In this document: one piece after another, positions 10,101-19,600 of the stretch
Numbering within the stretch: the stretch's first letter is position 1
Layout: each line of letters starts with the position of its first letter
Source: an uncultured Planctomycetota bacterium
Lineage (GTDB): Bacteria; Planctomycetota; Planctomycetia; Isosphaerales; Isosphaeraceae
Reading direction: 5' to 3'
NCBI GenBank assembly: GCA_963845755.1
Contig: CAWJTV010000010.1
Span: 16,266 to 80,265, forward strand
DNA length: 64,000 nt
Program-made: the position numbers and the translations under genes
Notes under the pieces: generated by a model
What the model was told of the DNA's origin: nothing
Seen by the model: the letters and a program-made list of their open reading frames with translations, nothing else
Databases searched by the model: none

Positions 10101-10445
10101 CAGGAGAAGTGGTCGGACGCCGAGCCGGTCCTGCGGGAATGCTTGGACCTCCGCGAGAAGGCTGTCCCCGACACCTGGTTGCGGTTCAACACAATGAGTG
10201 AGCTCGGAGGGGCCTTGCTCGGTCGGGGGCGATATGCCGAGGCCGAGCCGCTTGTCGTGCCCGGGTACGAGGGGATGAAGGCCCGGGAGGCGAAGATCCC
10301 CGCAGTCGGGAAGGCTCGCCTGTTCGAGGCGGCGTTGCGGGTCGTGCGGCTGTATGAGGGAAGGGGTAAGGCGGCCCAGGCGAATGCCTGGAGGGAGAGG
10401 CTCGGCCTTGTTGACTTGCCCGCCGACGTCTTCGCCCAGCCATGA
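7119..10445 (+). CDS. Ser/Thr protein kinase with TM helix and 42-aa TPR repeats
   Basis: ARGGLGEV, VALK, HRDLKPSN, DWGLAK, GTPQYMSPE; repeats of LGPDHPDTLQSRNNLA. Confidence 0.95.
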   Translation: MDGSVRSSAEGRPIRPSERIDEACDRFEAAWRAGSAPRIEDYLAEALEADRPALLGELVALERDLRRRRGEWPETEEYLGRFAGDASLVAAALQETSAAIGGRADRNAMAMSGDAGCNGTGEGRRLPDVLSATAVYRPRGHHARGGLGEVLVAYQEELDRAVALKRVRPDRLHEEARRRFYREAAITARLQHPGVVPIYGLGQDEDGPFYTMPLIEGQTLQEAIDAFHAEGSLRGDPGRRALQFRGLLQQLIAVCNTMAYAHDQGIIHRDLKPSNIMLGRYGETLVMDWGLAKRIGTDDARGEAEREAPSPSPSPDALTATGAVLGTPQYMSPEQARGEPTSPASDLFSLGLILYAILTGKSPYADAVLRGGRLHEAVREAAVVPPRRREPGLPGALEAVCLRALAARSEDRYSSPRDLADDLSKWLADESVGAYRDPIADRARRWMKRHRTAVTGGAIALLAVVIGLGAVTGIQAGHNRDLGQANDAINREKNTADRALEESEAARRRAESVLDFLSNDVLAAARPEGQAGGLGKDVTVRKAVDAAEPKVAESFKDQPIIEAAIRHTFGLTYFFLGESQRAIRQHERALELRQMNLGPAHPDTLRSCQAVAADYYDAGRVAEAVEMSRTTLERWQATLGPDHPDTLLSRNQVAGFYVETGRITEAIDLLRPTLERRQATLGPDHPDTLQSRGFLAAAYRVAGRIAEAIELDRATLERRRATLGPDHPDTLQSRNNLAVDYLEAGRVAEAIELHRSTLERREATLGPDHILTLQSRGNLAAAYVDSNRITEVIDLLGPTLEQCRAKFGPDHPDMLLRCHFLAVAYRIAGRVAEAIELDRATLERRRATLGPDHSDTLQSRNNLAVDYLEAGRVAEAIDLHRSTLERRQATLGPDHILTLQSRGNLAAAYRVAGRIDEAIELLVPTLELMETKLGPVHTYTFNTRSSLAEVYGSRGRWADAEPLRRRSVDCRRKAEMPSDLLANDLAQLGRNLLNQEKWSDAEPVLRECLDLREKAVPDTWLRFNTMSELGGALLGRGRYAEAEPLVVPGYEGMKAREAKIPAVGKARLFEAALRVVRLYEGRGKAAQANAWRERLGLVDLPADVFAQP
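8900..9930 (+). repeat. 126-bp intragenic tandem repeats encoding TPR units
   Basis: Recurrent GCCACGCTCGGNCCNGACCAC...CTCGCC...TAC every 126 bp. Confidence 0.85.
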
Positions 10446-10745
10446 CGCGGCGGCCCCGAGTGGGGGTGCAGGAGGACATAGGGGCGGGGGCACATCCCTA
10501 TCTCTTGACGCGCTTGGGGCAGCTTGGAGAATCGCCCGCTGGCTATTCGGCGGCTCGCGGTCGGCCCCTCGGTCGCAGGCTATACCAGGGGACATCGTGA
10601 ATATCGACAGTTGTCAGAGATGCCGGCCATTCGGACGGCCTCTTCCGTTCCTCCCCGCCGTTTGAAGCCAGGATCCGGCGCTACCGAGAGGTCTGCGCGT
10701 TCATTAGATCAATTCTTGAACCAAGAAGAACAAACGAGGCGGATC

Positions 10746-11237
10746 ATGGGGCAGACGAACTTTCCGATCGAGGAAAAGACGATGGAGCCGGTCCTGATCG
10801 CGGGCATTCGCATGAAAGGCCGATACGCCGACTGCGGCCCGGCGTTCGGGCGGATCGGCAAACACTTCGGTCGCACCATCTGCGGCAAACCATTCCTCCT
10901 CCACTACAATGCGGAGTTCCGCGAAGACGACGCAGAGTTCGAGGTCTGTATGCCAATCCACGGTGGGAAGGCGACGGACGGAATCTCCGTGCGAGACCTG
11001 GCCGGCGGCCGTTGTGTGTCGTTGATGCACAAGGGGCCCTACGAGGTACTCGGCCGATCCTACGCCAAAGTCCTTGAATACGTTCGATCGAAAGGCTACC
11101 CGATCGCGATGCCGACTCGGGAAGTCTACTACAAAGGACCCGGCATGATCTTCCGCGGGAATCCCAAGAATTACTTGACCGAGATCCAGATACCGATTCA
11201 GGCCGTATCCGCCGCGGTCTCCGTTGCACCGGGCTGA
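10746..11237 (+). CDS. GyrI-like small-molecule-binding domain; remnant of a MerR/BmrR-type regulator
   Basis: GRCVSLMHKGPYEVLGRSY...PTREVYYKGPG...YLTEIQIP; out-of-frame EARIRRYREV/ARSLDQFL coiled-coil remnant upstream. Confidence 0.75.
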   Translation: MGQTNFPIEEKTMEPVLIAGIRMKGRYADCGPAFGRIGKHFGRTICGKPFLLHYNAEFREDDAEFEVCMPIHGGKATDGISVRDLAGGRCVSLMHKGPYEVLGRSYAKVLEYVRSKGYPIAMPTREVYYKGPGMIFRGNPKNYLTEIQIPIQAVSAAVSVAPG

Positions 11238-12126
11238 TCTTGTGGGTCGGGCCGGATTCCCGTCACGCCTACCCGCGCCAGCTTCTCCGGATTGCGGACG
11301 ACGAAGCACGTGGCGATGCGGCCGTCGACGATGTCGAACGCAATGACCTGGACGGCCTGCCCGTCGACGATCGCCAGGAGTCCCGGCTGGCCGTTGACGC
11401 TCACCCATCTCAGTTCGAGACTGGCCGGGGCCTTCTTCATGGTGCTGAGGAAGAGGTGCGCGATGCGGTCCGCGCCGTGGATCGGGACGAGGGCTGCGGT
11501 GGCCTTGCCGCCGCCGTCGCTGTAGAGCACGGCGTCGGTCGCCAGCAGGCCCACCAGGCCCTCGAGGTCGCCGGTCGAGCAGGCCTGAAGGAAAGCGCCT
11601 GTGAGCCGCCGGGCCTCGGCGGGTTCGGCCTCGAAACGTGGTCGGCGCTCGCGGATCCGCTTCTCGGCGCGGCTGACGAGCTGTCGACAATTCGCCTCAG
11701 ACTGATTGAGGATCTGACCGATTTCCTCGTAGCCATAATCGAAGACCCGACGGAGGAGATACGCCGCTCGTTCGACGGGTGAAAGACTCTCGAGTACGAC
11801 AAGCAGGGCCATCGAAATCGATTCGGCGGCCTCCAGCCGGCCGCTCGCCTCGGTCTCGCCCGACTCGACGACCGGCTCGGGGAGCCACGGACCGACATAG
11901 TTCATCTTGCGCGCATCCACCGCCTGGCGCTGGTCGATACAGAGTCGGGTCACGATCGATGTCAGATATGCCTTCGGGGAAGCTACCGCGGACCGGTCCT
12001 CCCGGTCCAGCGCAAGTAGGCGTCCTGGACGACATCATCCGCGTCCGCCAGCGACCCGAGCATGCGATAGGCCAGTCGCACGAGGACCGGTCGCAGCTCT
12101 TCGAAGGTAGCGTCAACCTGTCTCAT
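11198..12126 (-). CDS. ECF41/SigJ-family sigma factor with SnoaL-like C-terminal extension (frameshift ~12000)
   Basis: LAYRMLGSLADADDVVQDAYLR; YVGPWLPEP; DAVLYSDGGGK; VRNPEKL. Confidence 0.9.
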
Positions 12127-13463
12127 GGGTGAGACTCCATTCGCGGCCGACCGATGTTTTCGCTAGAACCGCAAGGACGCGATCCGACGCCTCGGAGGCA
12201 CTGGCGGCCGAGGCGTCGGCGAGCAGCCCCTCAGAACCGACCCAATCGCCCGCGAGGAAGATGTTGGGTAAGCCCGGCACCGTGACCTCCGGCCGGCCGC
12301 GAAGACCGTCCTCTTCGGCACAGGGAAGACTATTGGCGACCGTCATCCCGGGGAGAAACCGTCGAGCGATCGTCAATGCCCGCCATCCCGGTTGAAGCCC
12401 GTCCAGGAGCCCTTCCAACTCGGCCTCGATGTCCCTGGTGTTCTCGACCATCTCACTCCGAAGGTACTTCATCACGTGCAAGACCGCCACGTTCGGCGGT
12501 CCCAGCTCGGCCGCCGCCGAGTGCACCGAGTAGTACAAGGGGCGGTCCAGTCCGAAGGCCACGCAGCAATTCGGATCCGGCAACCGGCTGAGCGCGACGT
12601 CGAGGCAGGCGGCACGGACCGGGATACATGCCGCCGACCATTCGACGAGCGATGCCTCCGCCGGTCAGATCGAGAAGGTCACAAGCGGTCTCGGGGTCAA
12701 CCGCCAGAATGGCCGCGCGACCGCGAATCTCCTCACCATTCGCGAGCCGCAGAGACACACCATCCTCACCGCTACGCACCGAGGTGACTCGCGACCCGGT
12801 TCGTATCGTGCCCCCGCGCTCACGGGCCTGGCTGCGAAGGCCATCCACCAGCGACTGCCAGCCCCCGTCGAGATACCAGACGTTCCCCTGCAACGCGAGT
12901 CGGAACTGGTCCAGTGCGGCGCCCGCGGACATCCGTTCGGCGTCGTCGATGTAGGTGGCCACCCGGAAGAGCGTGCGGAAGAACCAGGCCAGATTACCGC
13001 GTCCCGCTGACCGCTCGATCCATTCGGCGAGCGGGATTCCATCGAGGGGTCGGGTATCCAGTCGCCCAAGGGTCCCGAAGATCGTGAGTGCGGTCATCTT
13101 CTCTCGTATCGAGAAATGTCGCGAGAAGAGGAGCCCCATCAACCCTCGGGGCAGCGGAAGCGTCCTCTCACCGGAGATCAACAACGCGCCCCGCGTTCTC
13201 GGAAATCCCCCGGAAAAGGGAATCCCCAGCTCCTCGAAGAGTCGAAACGCGCGCCCACGGCAATACAGCGCGTGGGGCCCAAGGTTGAAATGGATGTCGC
13301 GTTCGACGCGGGTCGCAGCGCCGCCGCCCAGCGTGCTCGATCGCTCGAGCACCAGGACGCTCCGGCCGGCTCGAGCGGTCAGATTGGCAGCAAACAGGCC
13401 GGCCAATCCTCCGCCAACGATGATCGCGTCTGCCTGAAAACCAGGATCGACTCGGTCGTGCAT
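12113..13463 (-). CDS. FAD-dependent oxidoreductase (phytoene desaturase/amine oxidase-like), frameshift ~12640
   Basis: IIVGGGLAGL Rossmann motif, FNLGPHAL, YLDGGWQSLVD, FLAGDWVGSEGLLADAS. Confidence 0.85.
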
Positions 13464-13506
13464 GTTCGTCTGCTCCTCGGGTCACGAAATGACTGCCATC
13501 GGAAGA

Positions 13507-13533
13507 GACAGACAACGTCGGAGTTTTGTGACA
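13507..13533 (-). promoter_or_regulatory. ECF41-type promoter TGTCACA-N16-TGTC
   Basis: Minus strand reads TGTCACA aaactccgacgttgtc TGTC, ~45 bp upstream of the oxidoreductase-ECF41 operon; ECF41 consensus is TGTCACA-n16-CGTC. Confidence 0.8.
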
Positions 13534-13726
13534 AATCGCCGGGACTCTTCGGGGCGAGCACGCCCTGGACGCGACCTAAGATGCGGACGGGCGATGATCT
13601 GGGTCGATTCCGGGTTGCGGAAACCGTTGCCATTCGTTAAAGACTCATCTTTGGCAGGGAGTCGAACAGGAGCTCGTTCACAGCAGGATGCCCGGGTTGA
13701 TCGACGGACGGCAAGGAGGCGGCAAC

Positions 13727-14440
13727 ATGGAATACCACAAGGACCAGGCCACCGAGGAGTTCAGCCGTTGGAGTGAGAGCTACGATCGTTGCATCCTTCA
13801 ATGGTTGATCTTCGGGCCGTCTCACCGTGTCCTGATACGTCGGATCCGCGAGGTGGTGGATGATCGACCCGCCCGGATCCTTGATGTCGGCTGTGGCACG
13901 GGCCTTTTCGCGTCGCGACTCCGTGCTGTCCTGCCCCAGGTTGAAGTCTGGGGGGTGGACCTGGTCTCGGCGATGTTGAGTAAAGGCCAGCGACGCTGGC
14001 GATCGCAATACGAACACGTCCTGCCGATCCAGGGCGATAGCGAGCGGCTCCCGTTCGCGTCCGGGACTTTCGACGTCGTCACCTGTGCGAACAGCTTCCA
14101 CCATTATCCGCGCCAGGCGCGTGCGATCGCCGAGATGGCCCGCGTGCTCCGTGGCGGTGGCCGTCTGATGATCATCGACGGATATCGTGACAGCATTTGG
14201 GGCTGGTTCATCTTCGACGTGTGCGTTTCGACGATCGAAGGTGCAGTCCACCATGCCTCCGCCCGGCGCTTCCACGATCTGATGGCCGATGTCGGACTGC
14301 AAGCCATCGCGCAACGTCCGTTCCGTGGCCTCGCCCCGTTCCTGTTGAACGAGGGGATCGCTGCCGATCCCGTATCCACGATCCCCTCACCGCATTTTTG
14401 CTTTCAACAGGCCAGGAATCGCAATCCGTCACACTCCTGA
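13727..14440 (+). CDS. class I SAM-dependent methyltransferase (UbiE-like fold)
   Basis: ILDVGCGTG, GVDLVSAML, GDSERLPF, FDVVTCANSFHHYP, RVLRGGGRL. Confidence 0.9.
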   Translation: MEYHKDQATEEFSRWSESYDRCILQWLIFGPSHRVLIRRIREVVDDRPARILDVGCGTGLFASRLRAVLPQVEVWGVDLVSAMLSKGQRRWRSQYEHVLPIQGDSERLPFASGTFDVVTCANSFHHYPRQARAIAEMARVLRGGGRLMIIDGYRDSIWGWFIFDVCVSTIEGAVHHASARRFHDLMADVGLQAIAQRPFRGLAPFLLNEGIAADPVSTIPSPHFCFQQARNRNPSHS

Positions 14441-14823
14441 TGACCTGGACACGAACGGCGAGGCGAATTCGAAAATTGCGCCATCTCGCTTGCGGGACAG
14501 ATGACCTCGGCTGTCCCAATAGGAATGACCCGCTCGTCGGTTCTACCGCCTCAAATACGGGAGCCGCTGGTCTCTCCCCGATTCCGGATGGATCGAGCGA
14601 CTGAGCGGCTGTGAAAGAATCGATTCAAAACCGCAGATTCGAGATTTCCAATGGATGTAAAGCCTGATATATCAGAGATTTAAGATTCTCGAACCTGGCA
14701 TTCGGAATCGGGAATCCGATCCTTTCAAAAACCATGAGTCCGTCGCCCCACGATCCCTTGCTGTAAGATAGTCGAACGCCACAAATGGATCGCCGTTTCA
14801 TCCACTGCATCACGCTCGACTGA

Positions 14824-16437
14824 TTGACCGCACGCGGAGTATCATCAGTGGTTCTGGTTTCGAACGACACCGTAGACTGGGAGGAAGCACTGGGGCGAAT
14901 CGGGAAGTCGTTTCTCGTGGCCAATCGGTCCGGCCAGTACCGGGTGATGGCTGAGGCTCCAGGAATCCTGCACGAGGACGTGGAGATCGCCGCACAGGTT
15001 CCGGCCTGTCGGCTGGAGTCTCTCGGGGACAGCTCCTTCGTGGCGGAGCATCGCCTCAAATACCCTTGCATGTCGGGTGCGATGGCCAACGGGATCGGGT
15101 CGATCGAGGTCGTCGAGGCGATGGGCCGGAAGGGTTTTCTCGGCGTATTCGGCTCGGCAGGACTCCACCCGGACGTGGTGGAGACGGCAATTCACCGTCT
15201 CCAGAGCGACCTCGGAGATTCCACGCCCTTCGCGATGAACCTGATCCACAGCCCCGGTGAGCCCGAGCTCGAGTCGACGATCGTCGATTTGTATCTCGGT
15301 CGGAGAGTTCGGCTGGTGGAGGCCTCGGCGTTCCTGAACCTGACCCTGCCGCTGGTCCGGTACCGGGTCGCCGGGATTCGCCTGGATAAGTCGGGACGAG
15401 TCGTAGCTCCAAACCGGATCATCGCCAAGATCTCGCGGGTCGAGGTGGCCTCGAAATTCATGGCTCCGCCGCCGGCCAAGTTCCTCAGCGACCTGGTTGC
15501 AAGGGGCGATCTCACTGCGGACCAGGCGGAATGGGCCGGTCGGATCCCCATGGCAGAAGATATCACCGCCGAAGCCGACTCGGGGGGACATACCGACAAT
15601 CAGCCGGCCATCGTCCTGTTGCCGACGATGCTCGCCCTGCGTAACCAGATGCAGGCTCAACATGGCTACGAGCGTCCCTTGCGAGTTGGTGCCGCGGGCG
15701 GCATCTCCACGCCCTGGGCGGCAGCCGCGGCGCTCGCCATGGGCGCCGCATACCTTGTAACGGGTTCGGTCAACCAGTCTTGCGTGGAGGCAGGCACATC
15801 CGACGTGGTTCGGCGGATGCTCGCTCAGGCCCAGCAGGCCGATGTCGCCATGGCCCCGGCTGCGGACATGTTTGAGATGGGGGTGAAGGTCCAGGTGCTG
15901 AAGCGGGGCACGCTGTTTGCCATGCGCGCCGCCAAGCTCTACGAGCTTTATCGGACCCATGGGGGGCTGGATCAACTGCCTGCATCCGAGCGGGCGGCGC
16001 TCGAGAAGACGATTTTCCGAGCTCCGATCGAGGCGATCTGGGAGCAGACCCGAGAATACTTCCGGCAGCGCGATCCGACCCGGATCGAGCAAGCCCATCG
16101 AGAACCTAAGCAGAAGATGGCGTTGGTCTTCCGGTGGTATCTCGGTATGTCCTCGCGCTGGGCCAACAGCGGCGAGCCGTCGCGAACAGTGGATTATCAG
16201 ATCTGGTGCGGTCCGGCGATGGCCGCCTTCAATGACTGGGTGCGCGGGTCGTTCCTGGAGCGTCCCGAGAATCGGCAGGTCGCGACCGTCGCCTTGAACA
16301 TCCTCTACGGCGCAGGCCGTGCTGATGCGTGCGCGGATCCTCAATGCCCAGGGAATCGGCCTGGCACCGGGAATCCCTCGACTCGCCCCGCTGGACTTCA
16401 TCGCGATCGAGAACCGGCTTCAATAGGCAGAACCTGA
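14824..16437 (+). CDS. pfaD: PfaD-family enoyl reductase (PUFA/polyketide); probable frameshift near the C-terminus
   Basis: GAMANGIGS, VEASAFLNLT, AEADSGGHTDN, GAAGGISTP, MAPAADMFEMGVKVQVLKRG, QIWCGPAM. Confidence 0.92.
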   Translation: MTARGVSSVVLVSNDTVDWEEALGRIGKSFLVANRSGQYRVMAEAPGILHEDVEIAAQVPACRLESLGDSSFVAEHRLKYPCMSGAMANGIGSIEVVEAMGRKGFLGVFGSAGLHPDVVETAIHRLQSDLGDSTPFAMNLIHSPGEPELESTIVDLYLGRRVRLVEASAFLNLTLPLVRYRVAGIRLDKSGRVVAPNRIIAKISRVEVASKFMAPPPAKFLSDLVARGDLTADQAEWAGRIPMAEDITAEADSGGHTDNQPAIVLLPTMLALRNQMQAQHGYERPLRVGAAGGISTPWAAAAALAMGAAYLVTGSVNQSCVEAGTSDVVRRMLAQAQQADVAMAPAADMFEMGVKVQVLKRGTLFAMRAAKLYELYRTHGGLDQLPASERAALEKTIFRAPIEAIWEQTREYFRQRDPTRIEQAHREPKQKMALVFRWYLGMSSRWANSGEPSRTVDYQIWCGPAMAAFNDWVRGSFLERPENRQVATVALNILYGAGRADACADPQCPGNRPGTGNPSTRPAGLHRDREPASIGRT

Positions 16438-16563
16438 TGGGCCGCCGGACGGGTTGCGGGACATCTCGTCACGCTTGACCACAACCCGGTTACAGTCCAT
16501 CCCCAACCCGCCGTCCGGACCTGAAACCTGGCGTTCCGTGCGTCGGATGAGCTAATCTCTTAC

Positions 16564-16595
16564 ACTGCCTATTGCCTACTGCCTACTGCCTACTG
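16564..16595 (+). repeat. heptamer tandem repeat (ACTGCCT) ~4.5 copies
   Basis: actgcct attgcct actgcct actgcct actg just before the pfaA RBS. Confidence 0.8.
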
Positions 16596-16611
16596 TCGAA
16601 AGGGCTAAGAT

Positions 16612-19600
16612 TTGAATCCGTCCGACCCGTCGCCGCAGGTGCCGGTGGCCATCATCGGCATGGGCTGCCTGTTTCCCCAAGCGGAGGGCCTCGCGCGCTA
16701 CTGGGCCGCGATCCGCAAGGGCGTGGACGCGATCACCGATATACCCGAGTCGCACTGGTCGGTTTCCGATTACTTCTCCTCCGATCCCAAGTCGCCGGAT
16801 CGAACGTACGCACGGCGGGGCGGCTTCTTGAGCCCGGTCGAATTCCCGGCTCTGGAGTTCGGGATCGCGCCGAACACCATCGAGGCGACCGACACGACCC
16901 AACTCCTGGGCCTACTGGTCGCCCGTCAGGCGCTCGATGACGCCGGCTACGATGCCCATCGCTCGCTGGACCGCGACCGGGTGAGCGTCATCCTGGGCGT
17001 TACCGGCACCCTCGAATTGGTTATCCCCCTGGGCGCCCGGCTGGGGCACCCGATCTGGCGACGCGCGCTGCAGGCGGCCGGGGTCAACGAATGCACCACC
17101 GAGGATGTCGTTCGCCGCATCGCCGAATCCTACGTGGGCTGGCAGGAGAACTCGTTCCCCGGCCTCCTGGGGAATGTTGTCGCCGGCCGGATCGCCAATC
17201 GCCTGGACCTTCGCGGCACCAACTGTGTCGTCGATGCCGCCTGCGCCAGCTCGCTCGGGGCCGTCAACCTCGCCATCCTCGAACTCGCCGCCGGCCGATG
17301 CGACCTCGCCGTGACCGGAGGGCTGGACACTTTCAATGACATATTTATGTATATGTGTTTTAGTAAGACGCCGGCGTTGTCCCCGACCGGGGAGGCGCGC
17401 CCGTTCGACGCGGAGGCCGACGGGACGATCCTGGGCGAGGGGCTGGGGGTCGTGGTCCTGAAGCGCCTGGAGGACGCGCGTCGGGACGGGGACCGGGTGT
17501 ATGCGGTGATTCGCTCGGTCGGGACCTCGAGCGACGGCAAGGGCCAGGCGGTCTATGCGCCGAGCGCCGCGGGCCAGGCGCAGGCCTTGCGGCGCGCCTA
17601 CGCGATGGCCGGAATCTCGCCCGCGACGGTCGGGATGGTCGAGGCGCATGGGACGGGGACCCGGGTCGGAGACGCGACCGAGCTGTCGGCCCTGGAGGAG
17701 GTGTACCACGGCGAGCGTCGGGGCGATGCCTGGTGCTGCGCTGGGGTCGGTCAAGTCGCAGGTCGGCCACACCAAGGCCGCCGCGGGGGCAGCCGGCCTG
17801 ATCAAGGCCGCCCTGGCGCTGCACCACAAGGTCCTGCCGCCGACGCTGAAGGTCCGGCGGCCGTTGGAATCACTGGCCGGCGGTCAGTCCCCTTTTTACC
17901 TCAATACTGAGGCGCGCCCGTGGTTGTCGAACCCCGACGGCCCGCGCCGCGCGGCAGTCAGCGCCTTCGGGTTCGGCGGCAGCAATTATCACTGCGTGCT
18001 GGAGGAGGCCGAACCGGATAAACCCGGGGTCAACTGGGACGGCGATGTGCAGATCCTCGCCTTTTCCGCCGACAATCCTGCCGAGGTCGTGCAGGCACTG
18101 AACACGCTGGCGGGTCTCAGCGACTGGCCGGCGATTCGAATTCTCGCCGCGGAGAGCCGAGAGCGTTTTCGATCGGAACATCGTTATCGCCTGCTGCTGG
18201 TCGCGTCGCATGACCCTCGGTCGGCCGAACTCGGAAGGCTGAAGCTGCAGCCCTCGGCCTTCAGCCTTCGGCCTTCCGAAAAAGCCTTCCAGAAAAGCCT
18301 CGCGCCTTTTTTCGAGGCGTTCCCCCTTCAGCCTTCAGCCTTCAGCCTTCAACCATTCCTGGGTGTGGGTCCGCGTCCGGGTGCGCTCGCCTTCCTCTTT
18401 CCCGGCCAGGGCTCGCAATACGTCGGCATGCTGCGCGAGCTGGCGTGCGTCTTCCCCCGCATGCATCACGCGCTGGCGCGGATCAACCGATTTTTCGCGG
18501 ATGATCCGTGTTTGCTGACCGATCACGTTTATCCACCTGCCGCGTTCGACGAGGAATGCGTTCGAGCCAGGGATGTGGTCCTGCGGGACACTCGATTCGC
18601 CCAGCCGGCGATCGGGGCGGTCAGCCTGGGTTTACTGAGAATCCTCGAGGATTTCAGCGTACGCCCGGATCTCGTCGGTGGCCACAGTTTTGGCGAGCTG
18701 ACGGCCCTGCGGGCCGCCGGTCGCATCGATGATTCTAGCCTGGCAACTCTCGCTCATCTCCGCGGCGACTTCATGGCCCGCTATGCCGCGGAGGGATCGG
18801 GTGCGATGCTCGCGGTCTTCGCGCCGATCGCCGAGGTCTCGGACCTGATCCGTGAGAGGAACCTGGATGTCATCATCGCCAACAAGAATGCACCTCGGCA
18901 GTGTGTGCTATCGGGTCCGTCCTTGGAGATCGAGCGATGTCACCGGCTCCTTTCCGATCGTCGGATCGCGACCCGTGCCGTCCCGGTCTCGGCCGCATTC
19001 CACAGCCGCCTCGTCGCCGGTGCCGAGGCTCCGTTCCGGCTTTCTCTCGATTCGGTGAACTTCCAGTCCTCAACGATCCCCGTATTCGCCAACAAGACGG
19101 CCGAACCCTATCCGGACGATGCCGGATCGGCTCGAGAACTCCTTGCCAGCCAGCTCGTGTCTCCAGTTGAGTTCGTCGCTCAGGTCGAGGCAATGTACCG
19201 TCATGGCGCCGGACGTTTCTGGAAGTCGGCCCCCAGGCGAAGCTCACGGGACTGGTCGGCTCGATCCTCGAAGGGCGCGAGCACGACGCGATATCCGTTG
19301 AACGCTTCGGTCGGGTCGATCGGGAACATGAATGATCTGGCCTGCGCGCTCGCAACCCTGGCCTCGCTGGGTTATGCTGTTAACCTGAAACGTTGGGATG
19401 AAGGGGGACCTGCGCGGACAGTGCCGGCCGGGAAACCGGGGCCGACCGTGCGTATCTCCGGCGCCAACGCCCGACCGAAGGACCGACGCTCCGAGAGGCC
19501 GGCACCGAAACCGGCGACCGTCATGCCGCATACGGAGCAGTCCGGTCAGATTGCGGCTCAGGAGCGGTCGCCACGATTCGGCTTCCCGGAGACGCCGCAC

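Noticed and set aside
8295..10595. Long antisense ORFs (e.g. 8295..10595, 23169..25292, 42887..44881, 34469..36145)
   Set aside because: They are shadow frames of well-supported genes on the opposite strand, as expected in high-GC DNA, and carry no recognisable motifs.
13727..14440. Methyltransferase as a tailoring enzyme of the pfa-ole cluster
   Set aside because: It is separated from pfaD by ~380 bp of AT-richer, promoter-like DNA, and Ole chemistry needs no methylation; only synteny could support a link.
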